Below the pieces are notes generated by a model, which was given only the letters and a program-made list of their open reading frames with translations, searched no databases and was not told the DNA's origin. From Thelocarpon superellum (lineage: Eukaryota): DNA of 32,444 bases. The stretch lies in assembly GCA_026025795.1 (NCBI GenBank), contig JAPEUG010000183.1, positions 1 through 32,444 of the forward strand, in the 5' to 3' direction. Made by a program: the position numbers and the translations under genes. This document shows, piece by piece, positions 23,589 to 32,444 of this stretch (positions within the stretch are counted from its first letter, which is position 1; the number at the start of each line of letters is the position of its first letter).

Positions 23589-25025
23589 CTATCCGCTCGT
23601 CCCACGAGCCCTTCCTCCGGCATTGCGGTACCGGTAGAGCTGAGGTTGAGAAGGATGCATTTCCTCCTTGCCCCACTGCAGCATGAGCACCTTCTCTACT
23701 AAGGCACGTTCTTTCCGCTCCTTCTCCAACTGCCCAGCCCAGTGGCGCTCTCGAGCTTTCATGGATTGTGCGGCGCTGACCACCTGGGCGTGGGACACCT
23801 CAAGGGCCTCCATGGTCTCTTCGAGCTGCGACTGGACCGCGGCGATCTCGTCCTGGGCCGCCCCAAGTTCGCGCTTCAACGCCTCCGCGGCCTCAATCTC
23901 CTCTTGAGAGACTGTCGGTGGAGTCGGAGGTCGGGGCTGGCCTCCGCCGTGCTCCCGTTGCTGCACGAGGACGAGCTGCAGTTTCTTCTTGGCAATCTTC
24001 ACCTCGGTCTTGGACAACTCCAACGCCCGCCGCAGCGCCCGTCGTTCTTGGTCGCGGTCGCGTGCCGTGACAGGAGCAGCGTCGCCCATCTCCGCCATGG
24101 CAGCCTTGGTGTCTCGCACCTCCCGCTTCAGCGCCTCGCATTCATCCTCCAGGTTGTTCGTCGTCATCTGCGTCTCCTTGCTCAAGAGCGCCGACTCAGC
24201 CTTGACGATCTCCAGCTCTCGCGTTGCCAGGTCTCGATCGTTCGCCATCGCTTTCACTTGCTGCGACATCTCCGTCGCCGCGGCCCTAGCCACCTCGAGC
24301 TCTCGCGCCGCCAGCTTGCCCTCCTCATCCATCGTCTTCAAGGTCTCGGACATCTTCTTTGCCTCGGCCTTGGCCGTCATCGCCTCTTTCTGCGCCATCT
24401 CACGCTCTTCTGTGGCTGCCCGTAGCTGCTCGCGCAGTCGCTGCATCTCGCTCAGGATCTTCTCCATGTCCGGTTGTTGGGTCGTGGGCCGCGTCTCATC
24501 CGAACCCTTGTTTGCGGCCATACGCACGTCGCGTATGAGCGGTCGCGGCGACGTGGAGCACTCGACGGGAGAAAAGGAGCTGTCGATGGACGAGAGGCCG
24601 GTTGCACCGTCTTCGACCGACGGCCGCGGCGGGTAGGACATGCTCTTGCTCGTCTGGCTCTCCTCCGAGCCCGTGGCGTGGCGCGACTCTTTCTCTCGCG
24701 GCTCGAGCGCCGCCATGTAGTAGGCCAGATTCTCAGTAAAGTCCTCGGGTCCTCCTCCGGGGATCAAGGCCACGTCCGGGAAGCGGAGCGAGATGTCCGT
24801 CCCACCGCCGAGTTCCAGCGGTCGGTCGCCCACAAAGCTGGCGCGGGTGGGCTCGCTCGAGACCGAAGACGACGGAGAAGCAGGGCGCATCCGCCGCGGA
24901 CGGGGCCCATCGATCGGCGGGAGGACGTTGTTGACGGGTGAGAAAGGACGGCCAGCTCGACGAGAGATGGGCGTCGGGCTGGGAGGATCGCGCGGGTCAT
25001 AGCCCGGCGAGGGCGAGCGCGCCAT
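23589..25025 (-). CDS. Coiled-coil protein, probably spindle-pole-body SnaD-like (478 aa)
   Basis: Pro/Ser-rich N-terminus with GGPEDFTENLAYYM, a long heptad E/K/A region and C-terminal KVLMLQWGKEE..QLYRY. From memory this resembles Aspergillus SnaD-family termini. The CDS is solid; the identity is moderate. Confidence 0.7.
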   Translation of the reverse strand: MARSPSPGYDPRDPPSPTPISRRAGRPFSPVNNVLPPIDGPRPRRMRPASPSSSVSSEPTRASFVGDRPLELGGGTDISLRFPDVALIPGGGPEDFTENLAYYMAALEPREKESRHATGSEESQTSKSMSYPPRPSVEDGATGLSSIDSSFSPVECSTSPRPLIRDVRMAANKGSDETRPTTQQPDMEKILSEMQRLREQLRAATEEREMAQKEAMTAKAEAKKMSETLKTMDEEGKLAARELEVARAAATEMSQQVKAMANDRDLATRELEIVKAESALLSKETQMTTNNLEDECEALKREVRDTKAAMAEMGDAAPVTARDRDQERRALRRALELSKTEVKIAKKKLQLVLVQQREHGGGQPRPPTPPTVSQEEIEAAEALKRELGAAQDEIAAVQSQLEETMEALEVSHAQVVSAAQSMKARERHWAGQLEKERKERALVEKVLMLQWGKEEMHPSQPQLYRYRNAGGRARGTSG

Positions 25026-25631
25026 GATGGGCGGGAGACAGGCACGAGAGAATGCGATGGGTGGTACCGATGTGAGACTGATCGTGGTTGGGGGCAGACG
25101 GTGAGCAGTGGTGATGATGGTGGACAAACGACGAGCGTCTCTCCATCTCGACGCTTTGTTGATATGATGCGACGCGACCAATCAACTCCAGCGTCTAGCC
25201 CGAGTCGGAAAGTGGAGCGAGAAGATATGACTTCCCGCCGCTAACCAACGCTTACCGCTGGTTCGGCTGGCCCCCGGACCACACAAGATCGAGTAGGAGC
25301 GTTGTGAAACCTGAGGCATGACAAATCACCACTGCTCATCGGAGGGGACCCCCGGGATGACAATATGATGGTACGTAAAGATGGGGCCCCCCAGATTATC
25401 TGACCTTGCTCAGAGGCATAATGTCGTCTTGTTGACCGGAGCCCTTTGCAAATAGACCGTCGACCAGTGTTCATCGTGGAGCACACGCCATTGGAGGTCG
25501 TCCGGGTCCAAACAGGGTCATCGAATGCCGCGACGCCGCCGGTCGACCGGCGGCCGAACCTACTGACTCTGTTCATCACAACTCTCGAATCATCCTATAC
25601 GCACATGTAGGCAGGCCCTAGTTCATTTCAT

Positions 25632-27302
25632 CTATTCCGTCGGCTTCGCCTTCTTCCTAACGAGCCCTCTACCGAGAACATTCACGGCCGGAGCGGCCGG
25701 AGCATCCGCGGCTACGGGCGCCGGGGCGACCCGCTTCGGCTTCTTCCGTACCAGATTCGTCGCCAGCACATTCGTTCCGCCCGCCTCGACTCCCAACGCC
25801 GGGCTGCTCTCATCCCGCCCGTCCTGCTTTCGTTTCGTCATGGCGCTCGCGTCGACCGAATTTCCCTTGATCGTCCGCGATTGTGCCGCCAACCCTCTCA
25901 CTTTCGAGCCCCGGATGTGCTCCCCCCAATCTTGACTTGGTCCCGTAAGTTCCGCGATGACCGCGACTTCGTGAACCCATCGACGCGTGCTCTCCGTCGC
26001 AATCTTCTGGTTGGCAAAATCTAGGTGAAGGAGGAAGTCATGGACGCGCTTGTAATCTTTCTCGTTGACCGTGACCCGGCCGTGGCTCCTCGCGGGCCAC
26101 TGATAGTAGGGCGTGTTGACGGGTGGCCTCCCCACTTCCGATCGGGCCAGCGTCGTCTTCGGACGCGGCGGTCGCACCTTGACCGGACCCGTCAATTTGC
26201 GGCGGGCTTTCGGCCGCGCGGTCGGAGGCGTGGCAATCTCAGGAAGCGTGTAGTCTGGCAGATCCGACTTTCCCAGATGCTCATGAGGCCAGTCGGACTC
26301 GCGGGCCGTCTCCTGAAGCGGTTCATACAAGATCCAGATAAAGCCGACGAGACGGCCCGAGGAACATTCCTGCCGAAACTCCATCGTCTCCCAAAACTGC
26401 TCGAGCGTCTTGATCCCGAGCCATTGTCCACCGCGCCGTAGCTTGCTCGGGCTCTGGGTCAGGCCAGTCTTCAACGAGTCGGATACCTCCTCGTCCAGTT
26501 CGTCCAGATACCGAGCTTTGGGGTCGTCGGGAAAGTGGGGCACCAGGCAGCGAGGCGGGGCGGTGGGGGTGCGTGATATCTCTCGGAGCGGGTGGCCATG
26601 CAGCCAGCGCTTGCGATCCGTGGCATCCAGCTTTGCCGAAGGCGGGAAGAGGGTCGAGGTCTCGTGTCGATCCAGGCCAGGCACAAGCACGTAGCCCTGA
26701 AGGCGCAACGTCCGCTCTTCGCCGTCGTCGAGCGGGAGAAGTGGGTCCAACGTCCGGCACCACCATCGGATCAAGCCTCGGTCATCCAGCACATGTTTCC
26801 CTCCGTTCTCCACGCTCCCAGGGAAGAGATACTGATCTTGCGCCCGCGCGAACAGCGAGATGACCGTCTTGATGCCGGGACGCCGTCGCTCCTGGCCCAG
26901 ATAGGAGATGAAGGTCGTGGCGATGGCCTTGAGGGGTGCGGTATCTGTCTTGGGCGCGTCGAGAAGATGGAGGTACCCGGAGGAATCGGCTTTGGAGACG
27001 AAGAGGGTGGTGAGCTCCGTCGAGCAGTAGATGAGCACCTCGATGGCGAAGACCAGCACTTGGTCGTCGTCGGAGGCGGGCTGGCTGCACGGAGTCGGAT
27101 CGATCGACACCACCAGAAACTGGCTCTCGCAGAACGTCTTTGGCGGCGTGTCACCGGGTAGCGGAGCAAAGAGGGCGGGGCATTTCGTCGGGAAGGAGGA
27201 GAGGTGGTGGATGGTGACGTTGCATCCTGCCGGCAATGCTTCCGCCAATTGATGGCCCAGGGATGAGCTCCGCTCAGACATCTCTCCCCTAGAGCTGCTC
27301 AT
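25632..27302 (-). CDS. RTT109: Histone H3K56 acetyltransferase Rtt109
   Basis: Single exon with FAIEVLIY, FVSKADSSG, SLFARAQDQYLFPGS, LIRWW, HFPDDPKARYLDEL, FWETMEFRQECSSGRLVGF. Confidence 0.95.
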   Translation of the reverse strand: MSSSRGEMSERSSSLGHQLAEALPAGCNVTIHHLSSFPTKCPALFAPLPGDTPPKTFCESQFLVVSIDPTPCSQPASDDDQVLVFAIEVLIYCSTELTTLFVSKADSSGYLHLLDAPKTDTAPLKAIATTFISYLGQERRRPGIKTVISLFARAQDQYLFPGSVENGGKHVLDDRGLIRWWCRTLDPLLPLDDGEERTLRLQGYVLVPGLDRHETSTLFPPSAKLDATDRKRWLHGHPLREISRTPTAPPRCLVPHFPDDPKARYLDELDEEVSDSLKTGLTQSPSKLRRGGQWLGIKTLEQFWETMEFRQECSSGRLVGFIWILYEPLQETARESDWPHEHLGKSDLPDYTLPEIATPPTARPKARRKLTGPVKVRPPRPKTTLARSEVGRPPVNTPYYQWPARSHGRVTVNEKDYKRVHDFLLHLDFANQKIATESTRRWVHEVAVIAELTGPSQDWGEHIRGSKVRGLAAQSRTIKGNSVDASAMTKRKQDGRDESSPALGVEAGGTNVLATNLVRKKPKRVAPAPVAADAPAAPAVNVLGRGLVRKKAKPTE

Positions 27303-27564
27303 CGTCCCGCTGCATGCAAACTCCAAAGCAATCGAGCCCACTGATGTTGGTGGTGTGGACCATTGCCCGACCGTGAGACCAGACAGTAGACGCGCACCCG
27401 CAGACTGTCGCCCTAATATAGTTCCCGACCGAGTTTAGCGTGGACGTTATACGTGTAGAGCTGACTCCAACATGCCGCGCTTCATTCCATTCACTCCATT
27501 CTTATCCTTCACACTACGATAACTCCTCTACTCCGGCTCGTTCGATTCCTGGGGAGCGTTGACC

Positions 27565-28487
27565 ATGGCGTCGCGATCATCATTGCCGCCTCTGCTGCTG
27601 GCGCTGAGGCCGGTCCGGAAAACAATGCCCGCCGAGTGCTGTCGCGGTGTGACTGGTGCCCCTACGACCGTTCCTCGCCGCCATCTAGCCTGCACCGTGC
27701 CGTTGAGAGAGGATGGAGTGATCCATCGCGCCGATCGGCCTCGCTGGTCGGCTACGCCTCCCGCAATGCAAGCCCCAGTCCGAAGCCGAAAACGAGATCC
27801 GCGCTTCGAGTGGACGGTCAAATCCGATCCTCAAGAGCTCGATCGCATGTATATTCGCCTGCTCGGGCCGGGAGGGGACCGCATGCTCACCGACGAGGTG
27901 AAATGGCTTGCCGTCACGCACAAGAGCTTCGATCACGGCCGACGAGGTTACAACGACCGCCTGGCTTTTCTTGGTGAGTGGGTTAAGAAGCGGTAGCGAG
28001 AGCGACGCTGACGCTGACACTTGCTCTTTCTGCCTAGGACGTCGCATCGTGACGCTGCAAGCATCATTGGCAATGATCAGTGCCGCCTCCCAACATCAGT
28101 CTGGAGTATCATCAGGCGGCGCTGAAGCTTCCTTGAGCGACAGCTCCTTCGCCCACCCGGCGCTGGAAGGCGTCGAGTCCCTCAGCCACCCTGCCCTTCT
28201 CGATCTGCTTGACAAGAGGCGTCTCGCCCCTCTCGCCATGCGCTGCGGGCTCGCAGATGTCCTCCGATGGCTACCCAAGCGGGTAGGCTTCCCAGGTCTC
28301 TCATGCCCGTCGGTGCTGACTTCTGCTTCTGCTCTAGCCTGACAATCTTCTGGGTTCTGGCGAGGAGTCGGTGTTGACTGAGGCTCTTTTTGCCATTGTT
28401 GGCGCCATTGCGCTGCAGAAGGGAGGAAACGAGGCGGCACAAGTGGCGCGAGACAAGATCCTGGCGCCTCTGGGGGTGACTTCATAA
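27565..28487 (+). CDS. MRPL15: Mitochondrial ribosomal protein mL57 (RNase III-like); exons 27565-27973, 28038-28282, 28338-28487
   Basis: Arg-rich presequence, then KWLAVTHKSFDHGRRGYNDRLAFLG|RRIV..VLRWLPKR|PDNL.GSG..LFAIVGAIALQKGG. Both introns are canonical. Confidence 0.9.
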
Positions 28488-28640
28488 CATCTGTCTCAAG
28501 AATGACTCTGCACATACTATCCATACCTAGAGAACAGTCGCTGGCGTGAGAGATCCAAAGAATCATATGTGTCCCAATGGCTGCATGATGCTACTGTGGA
28601 CCATACACTCTAAACGTATCAAAAATGTGATCCGAAGGGC

Positions 28641-28651
28641 AAAAATGAAAA
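28641..28651 (-). terminator. Pol III oligo-T terminator of the 5S gene
   Basis: TTTTCATTTTT immediately 3' of the 5S sequence on the minus strand. Confidence 0.75.
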
Positions 28652-28770
28652 ACATACAACAGCGGGGATTCGCTGGTCGTCACCGACCCAACTACTAGTC
28701 CGCCGATCTGTGGCTTATGTATGGCAGAGCGGACGGGATGCCCAGTTCTCCACAGTCTATGGTCGTATGT
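28652..28770 (-). rRNA. 5S rRNA: Dispersed 5S rRNA gene
   Basis: Reverse complement reads ACATACGACCATAG..CATCCCGTCCGCTCTGCC..TAGTAGTTGGGTCGGTGACGACCAGCGAATCC..GTTGTATGT (119 nt). The terminal helix is intact and is followed by T-runs. Confidence 0.97.
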
Positions 28771-28795
28771 GATTGAATCAGAAGTAAAACAATTC

Positions 28796-28800
28796 TTATA
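28796..28800 (-). promoter_or_regulatory. TATA box at about -30 of the 5S gene
   Basis: TATAA 26-30 nt upstream of the 5S start, as known for Neurospora 5S genes. Confidence 0.65.
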
Positions 28801-29940
28801 CCGTTGAAAGCTCGCGGACGATATTCAGAATGATAGGCCTGTCACAGAAGTGGCTGGTGTGGAGAAGAGCCTACGTCGCGCATGGTCACTGCGACTACTA
28901 TACAGAAGACGTGGACCTTCCGACGAGAGGCTCGTAGACAGTCAACAGCGAAGGGAGAAAGCGTACAACACCCAATCCCAATGTTCGCCCATGGCCTTTG
29001 GACGTCTCGGGATTAGATTACATGATTTCGCCGGGAGATGTCATCTGTTGGTCGGATGGTCCAACGACCAGCCGGCCCAATAACTTCACCCGAGGGGTCC
29101 AACATCCTCGTAGTAATCACCTACCATGCTGGAAGTCGTGAATGTTGGGAGGACGTGCAATTACCGGAAATAGCACGTGGCAATTCATTCGGTAACCGTG
29201 CCAGAGAAGTACTCGTCGGTCAGGTCGGCCACGCTGAATGGGCATTGGAGTCGACGCGAGCGTCAGATCATTTGGAGAGCCCCCGGTCAGTGCGGCTGGC
29301 GAAAGGGCTGCGACGCGGGAAGGAGCAGTCGCCAATGACGAGGCCGGGGCCCGGATGTGGTTCACGGACGGGATCGGCTGAGCTAAGCAGGGAAGGGAGC
29401 ATCGTGGTGGTGGAAGAAGTCGCCGCGGTGGTGGTGGTGTGGACAGGGGAGCAGCCACCTGCGCAGGTACGAGAGCGGTGCCTGCACTAACAGGGCCACG
29501 ATTGGTTAGGGGGGGCCGTTCGGGGGGAAAAGTAAGTGGGGCGGGCCCCAGTGGGTGGACCGTTCGTTTCAGCGGGCGGAGAACTCGGGGCGGGCTTCGC
29601 CCACGATTACAGTAACTACTGTGGTGTTATTTCTGGATGGGGGCTTCGGGAGGGCGCCAGCTACTTTGTTAAGGCTTCTATGGGTATAACGGAACCCGTC
29701 CATGGCTGGCGAAGGCGCCACTTGCGGCCGAATCCGCGACGGAATTCTTGGCCTGTTTCTCGGCCCTGCGTTAGCTGGTATTTCCGCGAGTACTCGTCCG
29801 CCCAGGCCGTGGCGACTAGTGGTCGACGCGGCGCCAGCAGGATTAATGTCGATTCATCGCTGCAGGGCTTGCAGGCATTCGAGATTTGTTATACATCTCG
29901 TACTTGTGCGCGGGGTCTGATCTATGAGGTCTCGAGGTTG

Positions 29941-30907
29941 TCACATGTCTGTTGAATCGCTGCTGACCACGATCCGTCTCACGAGATCTTGGGTTATTGC
30001 CCCAAAGATAGGAGCCAGTGAACATCGGGTGTACTTGCGCACGAGGGGCACGTCATCCCCCTCCTCGGCATCGGTAAGGTGGAGTTCGTGGCCGGCAACG
30101 ATAGTGCCCACGGGATAGTGAGGCGTGGTGCCTTCTTCGACAAGTCTTACGAACTGGGGATCGAGTGGGATACTACCCAGGAAAGGCACGGCGAATTCGC
30201 GGGCCATGATCTCGCCGCCGCCCTTGGAGAAGATGTTGGTGCATTCGCTGCAATGGGGACACACAAAACCCGCCATGTTTTCGACCACGCCGAGGACGGG
30301 GATGGCCGTCTTGGCGCAGAAGTTCAGCTCCTTACGCACGTCGGCCGTGGCGATGGCTTGGGGCGTGGTGACCACGACCGCGCCGGCGAGCTGACCGGGC
30401 GCGGCGGTCTTGAGCAGGGTCTCGGCGAGCGAGATGTGCTCATCCGACGTGCCCGGTGGGGTATCGATCAGTAGATAGTCGAGGGAGGACCACAGCACGT
30501 CCGTGAGGAACTGCCGCACCATGGCCGTCTTCTTGGGGCCCCGCCAGACGACGGCATCGCCGCGCTCGCGCAACAGGAAGCCCAGGCTCATGCACCAGAG
30601 GGCACCCACACCGCGGGCAGGATCCGCACCATGAACCGGCACTGGGACCCACCCGCCAGGGGCTTGGGTGATCTTCGCGGCCTCGATGCCGAACAGGCGG
30701 GGGATTGAAGGGCCGGTCAGGTCGACGTCGAGTACGCCCACGGAGTGGCCCGCGAGCGACAGTGATAACGCCAGCTGCGTGGTCACTGATGACTTGCCTA
30801 CGCCACCCTTGCCCGAGAGGACCTGTCATTGGGGTGAGCCGCTATGCCGACCGACCCACGGGGAGAGGGTATACCAGGACGATGTGTTTGACACCATCAA
30901 GCGACAT
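29941..30907 (-). CDS. CFD1: Cytosolic Fe-S cluster assembly factor Cfd1 (304 aa); exons 30907-30875, 30822-29941
   Basis: [59 protein letters not shown]. It lacks the N-terminal ferredoxin-like Cys motif of Nbp35. Confidence 0.95.
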
Positions 30908-30946
30908 GGTCTTGATTGTTGGAGAATGAGGCTGTCAAGACGCATG

Positions 30947-30986
30947 GTGGGGTTCGTGGGGTTCGTGGGGTTCGTGGGGTTCGTGG
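30947..30986. repeat. (GTGGGGTTC)4+ minisatellite
   Basis: Four perfect 9-mers plus GTGG, 40 bp upstream of the CFD1 ATG. Confidence 0.92.
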
Positions 30987-31841
30987 TGAGTCCGATCAGC
31001 CACTGATGAATTGACCGAGGCTTTTCCGCGCCCAGCGTGAATGACGCACTTGGCACTGTAAGCTACAAGGGCTCTCTACGAGTAAGCCGACCGCCGATCG
31101 CAGCACCAAGTCTTTGTCCGTATCCAGTTGCACGGACCCCGAGGAACCGGACGCGAACCCACATGACCAGCTCCGGCGATTCGCACGCCTAACGCATGCC
31201 TCCGTGTACGAGTACGAACACTGTGCAGTCCTCCCAAGGCTGTGTGGCACTATTATTAATGAGGGTCGCGGCCGTTGTGCGGCTCGGAAATTGCGTGGGA
31301 CCGGCTCAATCTTTAGGCTTGTGTGTCAATGGCCGGCTAAGCCTCGCCAACGTTCGCCAATGCTCGCCAAACACGGCTCAAGACCCGGAACGTGCGTGTG
31401 CAAATGGCCAGGTGGAGCGTCGATCTGGTGATGATCGTCCCCAAACGTGGCGATGGCGAGTGGATGGCGAGTGGATGGCGAATGGATGGTGGGTGGAAGG
31501 GCCCATGATTGGCCGGACCAGGCTTGCTGAAACTATCGTCGGCCATCGGTACCTGGTCGTGGAGGAGTCGGCAGGGGCGGATGACAACACGGACCAAGCT
31601 GGGGCCGTTGCGAGGGGGCGGGCACCGCGGGACGTGCATCTCCCCTTCTCATAAATGCATCTCGCGTCCAGCCGTGCGGTCGTCCACGCCGTTGCTGGAC
31701 GCGGTTCTTCCCTACTTGGACGCTCGTTGATCTTCCCAGTGAAGATACAATCTTTCCACTCCTTCTCCGTCTGTCTCTTGCCTCATCTTCTTCCACTTGC
31801 CTCCTTGTGCGGAGAGAGCGTTGATTGTCCTTCTCGCCGCC

Positions 31842-32444
31842 ATGTCTCCCTCTACCCGCCTTCTCTCGCTTGCCCTGGGCCTTCTGCTGGCCCCGGTCGT
31901 GCTGGGACAAGGTCTGCCCAGCATCCCATCATGCGCGGTATGTCTCTTGGCGGGACCGGGTCTTCCCTAATGGCAATACTCATCCGTGGACCTAGACATC
32001 ATGCTTTGAGAAAGCCCTTCTCTCCGACGGTTGCTCCAGCCTCACGGACTTCAAATGCCATTGCTCCAAAACTGCCATTCAAAGTGAAGTGACGACCTGT
32101 GTCGAGTCAGCCTGCGACGCCACGGATCAACAAGGTAGGCGGAGTCCGCGTTCCACGGAAACCTGTCCGCGTGTTGACGTCTCTTCTTTTCCAGCTGTTG
32201 CTTCGACCGTAGCCTCCACCTGCGCCAGCGTCGGCGAGCCCATCCAGCTCCCCGCGCAGCCATCGTCCGACGTCGCAACCCCCTCTACTGCCCCTCCCCC
32301 ACCACCTGCCGCGGCGACAACTGCTGCCCCCCCGCCACCTCCACCGACGACCGAGGCCGCAGCCCCGCCGCCCACTCCCGAAGTAGCCCCCGCACCAGCC
32401 CCAGCGGCCTCCAGCGCCCCGCCGCCGCCTCCTCCAGCGGCCTC
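31842..32444 (+). CDS. CFEM-domain proline-rich cell-surface protein (Ag2/PRA, Rbt5-like), 3'-truncated; exons 31842-31937, 31996-32134, 32195->32444
   Basis: Absent from the ORF track. Spliced: signal peptide MSPSTRLLSLALGLLLAPVVLG, then IPSCA|TSCFEKALLSDGCSSLTDFKCHCSK..TTCVESACDATDQQ|AV..STCASVG (8-Cys CFEM pattern), then a Pro/Ala/Thr-rich stalk. Confidence 0.92.

Noticed and set aside
1..32444. CRISPR arrays, tRNAs, transposases, RIP-degraded repeats, telomeric repeats, stwintrons
   Set aside because: None seen by eye. Tandem repeats have no spacers, there are no AT-rich RIP tracts, and the introns I inspected show no nested intron pattern.

Overview
GC-rich, intron-containing genomic DNA from a filamentous ascomycete (Pezizomycotina): short GT-AG introns with CTRAC branch points and a dispersed 5S rRNA gene. 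I reconstructed 15 protein-coding genes by hand. In order: LCL2 (5'-truncated), NOP10, NOB1, APM1, an AIF/AMID-type oxidoreductase, a ~1711-aa protein with RasGAP-like + VPS9-like + Sel1-like architecture, GLC8/IPP-2, a small secreted Cys protein, an intronless putative ADP-ribosyltransferase-fold (DUF3990-like) protein, a 4-TM MARVEL-like protein, a SnaD-like coiled-coil protein, RTT109, MRPL15, CFD1 and a CFEM/Ag2-PRA-like protein (3'-truncated). A 5S rRNA gene lies between MRPL15 and CFD1. The most interesting leads are (i) an accessory-looking block at ~17.7-21.1 kb pairing a secreted effector-like protein with a DUF3990/ART-like protein, and (ii) an apparent fungal GAPVD1/RME-6-like protein. 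All family assignments come from motif recognition; no searches were run.
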